Shown piece by piece: positions 14,550 through 27,910 of a DNA stretch of 64,000 bases. The DNA comes from Octopus vulgaris (Eukaryota). Every line of letters starts with the position of its first letter. Position 1 is the stretch's first letter. Below the pieces are notes generated by a model that saw only the letters and a list, made by a program, of their open reading frames with translations, was not told the DNA's origin and made no database searches. Both the position numbers and the translations under genes were made by a program. The stretch lies in contig OX597816.1 in NCBI GenBank assembly GCA_951406725.2, positions 174,406,001 to 174,470,000 on the forward strand, written 5' to 3'.

Positions 14550-14939
14550 GGGATGGAAGCACTCCGTCGGTTACGACGACGAGGGTTCCGGTTGATCCAA
14601 ATCAATGGAACAGCCTGCTCATGAAATTAACGTGTAAGTGGCTGAGCACTCCACAGACACGTGTACCCTTAACGTAGTTCTCAGGGATATTCAACGTGAC
14701 ACAGAGAGTGACAAGGCCGGCCCCTTGAAATACAGGTACAACAGAAACAGGAAGTAAGAGTGAGAGAAAGTTGTGGTGAAAGAGTACAGCAGGGATCACC
14801 ACCATCCCCTGCCGGAGCCTCGTGGAGCTTTAGGTGTTTTCGCTCAATAAACACTCACAACGCCCGGTCTGGGAATCGAAACCGTGATCCTATGACCGCG
14901 AGTCCGCTGCCCTAACCACTGGGCCATTGCGCCTCCACA
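14550..14939 (-). mobile_element. Young tRNA-derived SINE family C with 12-bp TSD
   Basis: Minus-strand head has A-box TGGCCCAGTGG and B-box-like GGTTTCGATTCC. TSD acaacatatgtt at 14538-14549 and 14940-14951. CpGs retained. Confidence 0.92.
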
Positions 14940-15705
14940 ACAACATATGTTACTTCATTAAGAAATAACATACTAAAATACTGAGTTATCCTCAAATCCT
15001 CAAACTAGAAATCTGGTATGAATGCTTGCAATAGTAGAAATTTTATTAAAGATGGTAATGTTAAGCCAGATGACAGATTAAGTCTATCATATACATGTTA
15101 ATAAGTAAATATCAAAATAATCACATGAAGTTACAACTGCAAAGTACATACATACAAATACACCAACTAGTCTATGTGGCATGCATTCTCATTCAGAAAA
15201 AAAAACAGATACACAAAATTATAATATATAATAATACACTCACAGATACACCAGTTTTTATGGTCCTATTCACAAAAAACTTAATATGTAAAAAATACAG
15301 ACATTGAGAAAGAATTACCAACAAAGCAATAAGTATAATATATGGTCTGAGAAAATTGATGTTTGCTAACTCCAGAAATCAGGCAAGTCCCTGTTCAGCA
15401 GGTTAACACAGAAGGTTGATAAGGAAAACCTGCAGGTAACATTGATGAAAGGACAATGTAATAAACTCAGCTATTTAGTTGGGTATGACACAAACGAGTA
15501 AATCTCTAGTTTACACTTGAACTAAGTCTTTCTCTCTGATCAATCATCACTACATCGATCACATGAAGAAAGTATAATTCATCAAACAGGTTTCCACACA
15601 GTTTCTCTATACACAACTTCACTCTCAAGGTTATAGTAAAAGACACTTGTCTAAGGCTCTGTGAAGTAGGATTGAGTCCAGAACACCATGATTACAAAGC
15701 AAACT

Positions 15706-16155
15706 GGCACTGTCATGCTTTTAGTTGTCAGAAGTGAAAGTAGAAAAATCTGACGTCAGACGTCAACTTCATGTATTTACGTCGTCAGGTTTATACCTTC
15801 GTTAATTTACGCCGTTTATTTACGCACCACCACGCTGTTAGGTTTATAAAACAATTGAAGTTCAGTTTAAAGTTTATAAATAAATACATTTCATTCCATG
15901 TTCTGTTTAAACTTTATAAATAAATATATTCTTGCATTATTCATTATTGTTTTTAAAAAGAAATCAATTGTTTTATAAACCTAACAGCGTGGTGGTACGT
16001 AAATAAATGGCTGATAAATTTTGTGTTTTTTAATTTGATAAATTTGCACGCGTTTTGATAAATTCTACGGAAAGAAACGAAGGTGGACGAGTGACGTCAA
16101 ATTGACGTCACACTTTTTCTACTTTCCTCCTGACAACTAAAAGCATGACAGTGCC
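15706..16155. mobile_element. Merlin-like MITE (450 bp) inserted into an old SINE
   Basis: TIR GGCACTGTCATGCTTTTAGTTGTCAG. 8-bp TSD agcaaact at 15698-15705 and 16156-16163. GG termini plus an 8-bp TSD are Merlin hallmarks. Confidence 0.85.
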
Positions 16156-17239
16156 AGCAAACTTCTAAACAACACAGCTACACCTCTACCCATATATTAT
16201 GGTTGAATAAATAACAAAGATGATCACAGCAAATAATGTTTCTGGTCATATGTTTGCTCAACACACAAAGTCACACACTAAAAAAGAGCTCAAGAAAAAA
16301 AGAAGCAGCTTCTCCTTCTCTCAATAGAATTTTCACTTTGCAATTTTTCCCACTCCTTCTTTCTCAAAACCACAATCTTCTGGAATTTCCTTTCATGTGA
16401 CATCCTCAGTAACTTTTAACAGTTCAATCTAAATATGAATTAAACAGACATCATTCATTAGTTTCCATGTTTCAATCTAAGAAAGCAAATAAGGAAATAG
16501 CTACAGAACAATGTCAATCCTCATATTAGCAAATACTCAAAACAAAGGCATAGTAAAAATTAACCTTTTTCTAACAATATTTATCAATTATGTTGTCTAT
16601 GTTTCTATAAATTTTGAAAATATTCAAAGAAGTATTTTGTAATATAAATTTTTCATTTATTTCTATATTTGTTATGTTTGGAACATAAAAGATTTTTACA
16701 TAAACTATGAAGACTGAATAACAAAAGGTTTTTATATAAACTATGATGACTGAATTGATGGTTTCAACTTGGTTGGTATCAAAATGTTTAAGATATTTAA
16801 CATTATACCACACACTAATGAGGCAAATATAAACAATTATATTCTCTTGATTTGAAAGGCTAAGGCAAAGTGCTTGACCTTCATACCTTTCTGAACTAAG
16901 TTGTAGAATGATTGAAAAGGCCAAAAATTAAACCTGCATTACAGGTTTGGTCCTCTAGAAGCTATGGCTGTGGTGTTTGCTATTTACTAAAAGTACTAAC
17001 AAGTTACTAGAGAGTATTAGTGAGTTGTTAGATTTAAATTTTCATTCACTTTAACATGGAAGCAAACCAGTGTATTACTGATATTTTGTCTACCACCTCT
17101 ACCCATCTTCCTAAGCAATGACATATAGTTGACTAAATTTCATTCTAAGAGGATTTGAACTCAGATAGTCTAGAAGGACAAAACTAAATAGTGTGAAACA
17201 TTCTTACTTCGGCATGCCACTGTTTCTGCTGGTATTATC

Positions 17240-18040
17240 AAACCAATATTGCAAGAGTTCAAAGTGGTGAGTGTTCCAGAGGACTTTCAAATTAGGGACT
17301 ACTATGGATAACTTACAGAAGTCTTTTTGGCCAAGCAGTGCAACTAAAGGGCTTTACCAGTTTGAGATAAACTCTACAGGCACCGAAGTACTGTCAGATG
17401 GCCTGTCCAGGATGTGCACAGTAATGAGACCATTTTGCATGCTCTCATTCAATGTCCAAATGTTGCAACCATACAGATTTATGTCAAATGGCTGCTGTCA
17501 CATGTAAGATGGCTCCAGCTATCAATCAAGTCTTTCATGATGACTACCTGCTACTCTCCTTTAACTAGGCAAGGAAGGCAGTTTTCCTCTGTCTAGTGGC
17601 TACAGCAAAAGCAATTTGAAGATAGAGACTTCCTTCTTTGGTAGAGCCCTCCTCGACTTTTTCAAATTTCACTTGAAAAGAAAGGTTAGGGTGGAAAACA
17701 AGGTGATATCCCTGAATTTGCCAAAGGAGGGTGAGAGCAACAAAAAGCAAGAGTGGATGGATGGGCTCACTCTAAATACAAGCCTGTAAGTCAGAGAATG
17801 ATATTAGTAGAGAGCACTCACCCTTGGTGTTCAGAGTGATTGTGAATCTGTGAACTTTGTTGATGGCCCTAGATGGAGGTCCTCCTACATTAGGAAGACT
17901 GCATCATCATCTTTCATTATTTTATTCTAGATATATATATGTTTTGTTGTTTGTTTTTTTTTCATTCGATAATCCCAATATTTTATGTAGCTTGTTATTG
18001 TTTCCCACATTCCATTACCCTGGTGGCACATAAAGTAAAC
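17240..18040 (+). mobile_element. Decayed L1/Tx1-like LINE 3' end
   Basis: Zinc-knuckle remnant CPGC..SNETILHALIQCP across frames. Heavily disrupted. Confidence 0.55.
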
Positions 18041-18045
18041 TTATA

Positions 18046-20342
18046 CAGTAGATCCCACTTTATAAATCTACTGATAAATCCACCCACTTAATGTATCCAA
18101 AATCAATTGAGATGGAATTTTTACACATAAAATCCTTTATTTAATAAAACCAAACCATTGCTTAATAAATTCAGTTGTTGCTGCTTCTTCCTAAAGTGTC
18201 AAGTGGCAGCAAACGAAGTGCTTTTTTCTCGCTCTTAAATACTGACAGGTAAGCGAAAAAACACATCATTCATCATTCACACAGATAGGCAGACATACAC
18301 ACACAAGTTGTTCAAAATGAAAAGAGATAGGCAGGACAAATCCATGGCAGAAAAGATTCAATTGTTATAATGTTACAAAGCTCTTAGGAAAACAACTCAG
18401 TGGGAAGCAGCCCAGAGTTTGGGAATTTCAAGAGGTCTGCTCCAGAATGTGTTAAAGATTGAGGATGACCTTTGTGCCAAAGAACACGATGGCTGTTCAT
18501 CAAAGAGAAAGCGCCAACAAGAAGGAAAGGACCAACAGACAGATCATGCTCTGGATGACTGGTTTCAATTTATTCACTCAAGAAACATCCCTGTCAACGG
18601 CCCAATCCTAATGCATGAAGACAACACTATTGCTCAAGCTGCTGGACATGATTTTAACCCTTTAGTATTTAAACCCGCCATATCCGGCCAAAAGTATTCT
18701 GCCTGTTTTATGGTCAAACTGGCCAGATCTGGTCTCTCACACCAACCCTACAATATCGTTTTAAAAATTAACAGTTACCTCATCAAAATCTCAATGCTAC
18801 AATACAATGCATGATTCATTCAAAACAAGGTAGATAAAAAAGCATTAATTTTGGCAGAATAATGCAAACACTAAAGGGTTAAGGCATCCGGAGATTGGTT
18901 ATACCATTGGCAAAAAAGACATGGAATCTTTTTATAGTTCTAAAAGGTAAGCTTTGTAGTTCACTAGTTCACATTTTTCTCTTTAGAGAACATTTCATAC
19001 TTTGCAGGTGATGCAGGTGAAGCTGTCGTCAATGGAGCCCATCAATTTCTTGAGACAACAATGCAGCTTCTGTTGAAATCCTATCAGCCACAGGGCATCT
19101 ACAATGCTGACGAACCTGGGATCTACTTTAATGCATTACTAGGGAATACATATGTCAATGAGAGTTGCAAGAAAACTGTGAGGGGCTCTAAGATGGCAAA
19201 GGTTCGTATGACCTTGATGGTGGTCTGCAACATGAATGGAAACAAAGAAGACTTGCTCTTAATCGAAAAGGCAAGTTCAGCAAGATGCTTCAAAAATGTC
19301 AAAATGCTTCTCATTCAGTACAACTTTTCAGCCAATGCTTAGGTGACACAGAAAATCTATGGAAGATGGCTCAGATCTTAGGATCATCGTTTGCAGGAAT
19401 CTGAAAGACAAACAGTGTTCCTACTTGACAATTGCTCTTCTCATGTAGTCATAGATGACCTCAAGAACATCACTTTAAAATATCTTCCTCCCAACACAAT
19501 GTCAATGCTGCAGCCCTGTGACGGGGGGGATAATCAAGACCTTGAAAGCCTATTTCAGACATGAAATGCACAAGATCATTGATGTTATAGAAGACACTGA
19601 ACATGACATTTTTGCCCAAGAAGTTGCAAAGCAGATCCCCATTTTGGATGTCATGTACATGTTAAGCATAACTTGGAAGAAGGTTTCTAGCCAGACAATC
19701 AAACATTGTTGGACTAAAGTTGGTTTTGTTTCGATCAAAGAATTAAATGAAGCCATAGATGTTAATGAAGATTTGATCCTGCATTCACTGCCTACTGGAT
19801 TGACCAAGATTTGATCCTGGATTGACCGAAAAGCAATTCGAGAACTGGATGTTCATAGATGATGGTGCTGTTGTTGCTCCAGAGATCATCACTGAAGAAG
19901 AAAAACTAGACAAGATCAGTCATGATATTCGGCAATCGAGAAGGAAACTAAAGGAGATGAAGATGGCAATTCTGGCACTGATGTTGATGAAAGAATCCCA
20001 GAGCCTTCAACACCAGCTGAAATGAGACAGTATCTCACTCGATTAGAAAGTGACCTTGAAAGTTTTGATTTCAGTGACATGAATCTTTTTAGAACTCTTA
20101 AGGAAACAATCAATGCAGAGTTGCAAACAAAGCATCCAGCAAAGCAAACAAAACTCAACAAATTTTTCATTCAATGACATTGTTTACAATGCTTTTGTTC
20201 GTGTATTATTAAATGTGTGTATTTCAATAAATACACATGTTTAATCAATCGGCAAATTTTGTTCCTTTGGCTAATAAATCCTTTGTTTAATGAATCCAAA
20301 ATTGGCAGTCACAAGATTGATTTATAAAACAAGGGTCTACTG
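18046..20342 (+). mobile_element. Full-length decayed pogo/Tigger transposon
   Basis: TA-flanked TIRs CAGTAGA...TCTACTG. CENP-B-like HTH (DHALDDWF, NIPVNGPIL). DDE_1 motifs IYNADE, RCFKNV, LLDNCSSH, LPPNT..LQP.DGGIIKTLKAYFR. Confidence 0.92.
18658..18878. mobile_element. piggyBac-like MITE nested in the Tigger ORF
   Basis: TTAA flanks at 18654-18657 and 18879-18882. TIR CCCTTTAGT/ACTAAAGGG. Confidence 0.88.
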
Positions 20343-20381
20343 TAATTATTATTATTATTACTACTACTAAAACTATTATCA

Positions 20382-20592
20382 AGAGCAGTGAGCTGGAAGA
20401 ATTGCTAGCATGCCAGACAAGATGCATAGTAGCATTTCTCCCAGCTTTACGCTCTGAGTTCAAACTCTGCCATAATTGATTTTGTTTTTCATCTTTTTAG
20501 GATTAATAAAGTATCTGTTGAGAACTGGTGGTCGATGAAATCAACTAACCCTTCTCCAAAATTTCAGGCCTTGTGCCTATAGTAGAAAGAAT
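20382..20592 (+). mobile_element. Older SINE family B variant
   Basis: gagctgg...ctgagttcaaa...tttcatc core, with tail caaaatttcaggccttgtgcctatagtagaaa. Similar copy at 61628-61842. Confidence 0.75.
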
Positions 20593-21167
20593 AGTTATAG
20601 CAGCAGTAGTGGCAGCGAAACAAATGCTATGAAGCAAGAAGTTAACTCTAAACAAACTACAATGGGCACAATCAACTTTAAGACCTTTCCACTTCAAACA
20701 CATTGCTAATACACATGGGAAAAATCATGAATATCACCAATTCCTACTCCCACAATTTAGAGCCTTTATCAAAATGAATCTATTATTACTACAGGAAACA
20801 CTGTACCACTGAAAACTAGGTCCTTAGAATTTTTGACATTAACATAAATGCTTTTCAGGCCTTCTTTTTACCAATAGTTCAGTCTTCGAGGATAAAAACA
20901 TTTTTTGCTTCTGAAATATGGAGACATAGCAAGTTAGAAGTGTCAATGTTCTAAAACAATTATTAGCACAACCAGTCTAGTAAATGATATGTAAGTAGCA
21001 CTGACTACCAGCATAAATTTTTCATCACTGTCATTTTAGCTAACATTTTGTGTTATTTCATGCTGAGAAATACCTAACCTATTTCAGTGCAATTTCTTTA
21101 TGTAGGAGAAATGGGAGGAAGAGGGACACTCCAGTGACACAACCAACATCACGCATGTTTCATTCTG

Positions 21168-21199
<32 letters not shown>

Positions 21200-21593
21200 A
21201 TAACAAAAGCACTGTTTGCAGTTCCCTTTCACACACACACACACACGTTAAAGATCAACTCAGCTTACTGTACATTCAATTTTACTTGAAATACATACCC
21301 ATACAGATACATTTACACAGACACACATTCTCAAACATTGCCCACGCACACACAATTATGCATACACAATGCATGCTCTTTTGCTGACTACATACACACA
21401 AATATACTCACTAAGCAAGCAAGTTGATACTTATAAAGAATAATTTCAATTCAAGTTATTATGATAATGATGATAATGAAGATGCTGAAGATGGTGATGA
21501 TAAATGAATATAGTAATGATACCAGCATATATTTCTTGTAAGTTCAACATGTTTTACTCCAGGCTTGCATAGATTTAATAGGTGGATAGCAAA

Positions 21594-21988
21594 TCTTTAT
21601 ATATAAAAGTGAGGTTGTGTGCTGTCTGTCTCCTACGATTTAGATTCCTTACTCACACATTTTGCGGTGCAGTGTAACCAAAACCGGGTATCTTATAGTC
21701 GTGATTCATATCAAGCCCTTCTGGGTATTAGCACGCGTCTACGATGAGTCTACGATTTTAAAAAAAATTTACCATAATTTTTTCCCATTTTTAATGCATT
21801 TTTTGCTATTATATAAGGGAAGTAACTCTCTAAAAATTTATTATTAAATCTCAGAACGTAAAAAGCTACAGTAACACCCCCCCTTTGTGGTTAGCCATAT
21901 TGAGATGGCTATTATACTTTACATCTCTAAAAATGCTTATATAGTTATTTCCCTTACAAACCCGAGCAATGCCAGGCGATACTGCTAG
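21594..21988 (+). mobile_element. Non-autonomous Helitron
   Basis: Inserted between A and T. 5' TC, 3' CTAG preceded by a GC-rich hairpin (cccgagcaatgccaggc). Second copy at 40984-41379. Confidence 0.85.
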
Positions 21989-23465
21989 TATAATTATAAT
22001 CAAATTATAAATAACATTTTATGAATAAACTAGGATTCAGCTGAAGAGATTTGTGATTTGTACATATCGTATACAAAACATGTATGTACTTATAAGCACA
22101 TATATTTGCACATACACACATGTATATGTGAGACCAGCAAACATTTACATGTTTATACAAACATACATGCATACCTCTGCACATTCATACAGACATGAAT
22201 GTATATTCATGTCTGTATGACGCATTTATGCACACATGCTTGTAGAAACCTCCAAACACATATGATTTGAGAAGAGATTGAACTTGCACTCCCTATAGCA
22301 TAAAGCAAACATTTTATTACTTCAGTATGACAAAATAGACATATTTTTAGTTCTCTAATGGAAGTTGAATTAACCTTACAAATTAATTATACAAAATCAT
22401 TATGCAAACTTGAATGATGTGAATTTTGAAAAACCTTCAACCAATTTTTAATCACAAAACAGTGTTCCATGGTGTGGTCAGGCTATGACAATGGTTCTAA
22501 AGCAATTTTGTTCTATACTCTCATCTACTTCAAAACTTTGGTAGACATCTAAATGCACTGATTCTTATTCAATCTACCATTTGATAGTTGGATTTAAACA
22601 GAATTTTCTATGTTAATTATCAGATTTATAATTTTGGGCCTCAGTTTTGCATAATTTTATTTTAAAACACTGAATGTAAAAATAATTTCTATTTTTTTAT
22701 TCTCATCAGATTTTATGACAAATAGGTGAACTAAGGTGCCATAGAATTAAACTATACTGACCAAAATAGCCCAAGAAAATACTGAAAAGGAATTTAAACT
22801 CTAATTATATGAATAGGTATTTCAAATATTTTAATCCACTTAAAAAAAAACCCTTCTACAAAACTGTTCTGATTTACTATCAAAGGTTTCAAAAACAGTC
22901 TCCAGCTATAAAACACATACTGATATTGATTGATTTGCAATACATTCTACCAGTATCTAAAATAGAAAACTTTCCATTTTTAGCTAACATCTAAGTTTTG
23001 AATAACAGATGGCTAATTTAAAAGAGCATCAAACTATTAAACAAAATGAAATATTCTGGCATAGTATAAGTCTCTTACTCAACTAGATCAGAGGATTGTA
23101 TGTGGTGATATTGAAAGTTCAACACATCAGGCCTTAATATCTAGCTCTCTAGTTGTGTATTACCCTCTCTGTGTTTGTGTGTGCATGAGAGAGAGAGAAT
23201 GAGTGTATATATTACTTGAGAGTTTTACTTGTTTAGCAAGTGATTTGCTTTGAGTGTGTTGAAACTGAAACAATTAGATTATGGAAAAGTTATAGTAGTT
23301 ATTTAAAACATACACATGCCATATTCCCTCTCGAATAAGTTTGTTTGATGTGAATACTGAGGTTTTGAGCAAGGCTTGTATTTTGGGGAGAAAAATTTTT
23401 ATAATTTTACTCGCTGAAGAAGGAATTGCTGAAAATGTCAGTACTGTTGTCTCTTCATAGCTTAC

Positions 23466-23537
23466 ATACTTTACCAAAGGATTTCTGCCAATGCAGAGCA
23501 CATCTAGTTTGCTTGGATTGGTTTTTATTTTCATCAT
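23466..23537 (-). CDS. Candidate alternative first coding exon of an unidentified minus-strand host gene (MMKIKTNPSKLDVLCIGRNPLVKY)
   Basis: Double ATG in non-repeat sequence, followed by three clustered GT donors (gtaaag, gtatgt, gtaagc). No recognisable homology. Confidence 0.25.
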
Positions 23538-23769
23538 TAGATTCCTTGTGACCTAAACACTTGAATTTGATAAAACAGTACTGACAAGAGCTACACAATA
23601 ACAATCAAACAATCAACAACGTAGCTGGGTATCAAACTAACCAGCTACATTGAATGCTGTTAAATGAATGACTACACTATGAACTACAGAGTAAATCAAT
23701 AGAGCCTGAGTGGCGTAGAGAGAGAAAAATAGGAGGGAAAGCAGTAGATGGAGAGAGGTTAGTTAAAAG

Positions 23770-23804
<35 letters not shown>

Positions 23805-23875
23805 GGTGGTGGTGGTGGTGGTGGTAGTAGTGTTGGTGGTGGTAGTAGTAGTGGATGTAGTAGTAGTAGTAGTGG
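23770..23875. repeat. Compound (TAG)n/(TGG)n microsatellite
   Basis: Directly visible. Confidence 0.95.
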
Positions 23876-24055
23876 CAAGAAAAAAAGCAATGCTATAATG
23901 TGGTGTAAGTAGTTCTGGCAACACCTGCTCGTATATTTGTGTCTGGTAACAACTGCTTGTGTGTTTATGCATATGGTATAGTTTGCAATGCTGTAAATGC
24001 TGATACTGCATAAAGAAGTAGCACTAGAAATGGTGAGAGAATTATAGAGTGTGTG

Positions 24056-24172
24056 TATTTAGCAGAAGCAACAGAGTGACTCAAGGGTCAAGAGTTTCGT
24101 ATGTTGGCACTTGACAATTGCCAACACATGAAACTATCAATCCTTAAGCCACTCTACTGCTTCTGCTAAATA
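24056..24172 (-). ncRNA. Long hairpin: pri-miRNA or dsRNA-editing substrate candidate
   Basis: 54-nt ungapped arms and a 9-nt loop. 44 Watson-Crick pairs plus 7 G-U pairs on the minus-strand RNA. Confidence 0.4.
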
Positions 24173-24231
24173 TTGATAGATATATATATATACTCATATT
24201 TTGAGTTCTATTTTTTCTGTTTGCATCACCA

Positions 24232-24271
<40 letters not shown>

Positions 24272-24390
24272 GGAGTAAACACATAAATGTGAAACAAGGT
24301 GGAAAAAAAGAGTACTCAAATACCAGTGGAAGAGTAATATGCTTTATTTAAAAAACAGGTTTTGTAGAATTTTCTGCTGCTTTAAATAAA

Positions 24391-24429
<39 letters not shown>

Positions 24430-24601
24430 CACATATATATATATATATATATATACATGCGCAAATGAAGACATACAATAGAAATACAATATGGCTGACG
24501 GTTAGTAAGGAGAGACACACAAATAAGAAAGAAGAAAGCAAAGGATCACTGATGCGGTCAAAGGAGTGTGACGAAAGAACTCTGGCCAAAATAAGATTAA
24601 G

Positions 24602-25603
24602 TTTTTTTTTTGCTTCAGCTCAGAGCTGCGGCCATGCTGATGCACCACCGTTTTGTGCTACACTGTTATCACGAAGAGCCTCCTCTAATATGTGGCACTT
24701 GGTGAAGAATAGAGTTTGATATAGCTACTCTCATTTGCACCTCTTGCCATGAGGTAGGTTCATCTGGGACTCTCGACAGGAAGATGTCCAGCTTTGATTT
24801 AAAAACCGCTACATCTACTTTGTGCAAGTTCCTCAGACTCTTTGGGAGAATATTAAAAAGCTGTGGGCCCTTGAAACCCAGGCTGTTGTAGTAGCTGGTC
24901 CTGAAGTGTGATGGCATTGCTGGGATCTTTGGCATTATGCAGTGTCGTCCCGTTCTAGCATTGGTGTAGCTTTCAATGCCAAAACTTGGCACAATTCCTT
25001 CCAGGATCTTCCAGATATATATTACTGCATACCTCTCCCATCTTCTCTCCAGGGAGTAGAGTCTTAGCTGTTTCAACCTTTCCCAGTAGCTGAGTTGTTG
25101 CAAAGAGATGATCTTCTTTGTGAATCTTCTCTGGATTGCTTCAAGGTCTGCTGTTAATTTCACACTGGTGGGTGAGTATAGCTGTGAGCAGTAATCCAGG
25201 CGGCTGAGGACGAATGTCCGCCAGAGGACCATCATGGTTTCCTTATCTCTGGTTCTGAATGTTCTTAGGATCCATCCAGCCAGTCGTCTGCACTTTGTCG
25301 CCATCCTACTAATGTGCACTTGGAAAGAGGTATCATCACTCATGTCGATACCCAGGTCCCTCACAGACTTAGGCTCTGGGATTGAAATTCCCTGTGGACC
25401 GGTGTACCCTGTAAGTTTAATATTCAGTTTTGGTAGTGCAGGGCCTGGAATTTTTCAGCATTAAACTGCATATTATTATCCTCAGCCCATCTCTAGATTG
25501 AGTCCAACACCTGCTGCAGGTGTGCAACATCGCTGGGGTTCTGTATTTTCTGTGAGACTTTCATATCGTCTGCATAGGTGAGACTTTCGTATCGTCTGCA
25601 TAG
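24602..25603 (-). mobile_element. 5'-truncated CR1/L2-group LINE: RT C-terminus and 3' tail
   Basis: YADD remnant at ~25565-25600. ORF 24669-25364 (RDLGI, SRLDYCSQL, ERLKQLRLYSLERR). 3' stem-loop tail and poly-A. Confidence 0.9.
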
Positions 25604-25756
25604 CCTAATAGTTTAATGTAAAAAATAAATAACACTGAAGCAAAGTAACACCAAATATATAGTGCGTATGTTTTATTGGCTAAACTGGCAAAATGACCAT
25701 TCTGAAATATAACAATATCTCTTTCAATACACAGTTTCACATAAAAAATCTAGCAC

Positions 25757-26978
<1,222 letters not shown>

Positions 26979-27841
26979 ATCCTCTGTTATTGCCTGGAGG
27001 ACTATGATGAATAAAAGGGGACTGAGAGCTGAACCTTGGTGGACCCCAACTTCTACCTGGAATTCTTCACTATACTCATTGCCAATCCTAACCTTACTAA
27101 CGGCCCCGCTGTAAAGGGCCTGTACAGCCCTTATTAACCATTTATCAATCTCCAGTTTCTGCATCGCCCACCAGATAAGGGAACAGGAGACCCTGTCAAA
27201 AGCTAAGTATAGGGGTTTATCTTTAGCTAGGTATTTCTCCTGCAGTTGTCGAACCAGAAATATGGCATCAGTGGTGCTTCTACCCAGCACAAAACCAAAC
27301 TGCATCTCATCTAAGCAAACTCTCTCCCTAATGAGATGGGCTATGACCCTCTCCATGACCTTCATCACCTGATCCAGCAGTTTGATACCCCTGTAGTTAT
27401 TTCTATCTAGAGCATCACCTTTACCCTTGTAGCAGTTGACTATGGTGCTGCTACGCCAGTTGTTGGGTATGACTCCATCATGAACTACCTGGTTTACAAT
27501 GCGGGTGACTAGGCCATAGCCCACACCACCAGATGTTTTAAGCATCTCAGCAGTGATTCCTGATGGGCCGGGGGCTTTACCTGGTTTCATACCCTTCATT
27601 GCTTTATCTACTAGGGAGCTGTCTATTGGGATAGCTGGTCCCTCTACTGGGTCAACATTTGGCAGGCTCTCCCCCTCCCATTCATTCCCCACATTCAGCA
27701 GTCTTTCATAATGGCTTCTCCAAGCCTCTTTCTTTTCAGAATCATTAAAAGCAAGTGCACCATCATTCATGCAGACACATTTCTCTCCTGTGACATCGCA
27801 ATTTTCTCTCACATACTGTCATGCAATCTGAAATACCTCAG

Positions 27842-27842
<1 letters not shown>
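26979..27842 (-). mobile_element. RTE LINE RT fragment
   Basis: ORF 26919-27812: KAPGPSGI, NYRGIKLL, QFGF, GVHQGSALSPLLF. Confidence 0.93.
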
Positions 27843-27874
<32 letters not shown>

Positions 27875-27877
27875 CCT

Positions 27878-27909
<32 letters not shown>

Positions 27910-27910
<1 letters not shown>

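Noticed and set aside
14860-14939. tRNA-like sequences at SINE heads
   Set aside because: A/B boxes are present, but they continue into SINE bodies with tails or TSDs and I see no complete cloverleaf.
18046-20342. Domesticated TIGD/CENP-B-like host gene
   Set aside because: It has TIRs, stops, frameshifts and a nested MITE, so it is a dead transposon.
22184-22219. Short palindrome tcatacagacatgaat..attcatgtctgtatga
   Set aside because: It lies in low-complexity CATA/TATG sequence where such palindromes arise easily.
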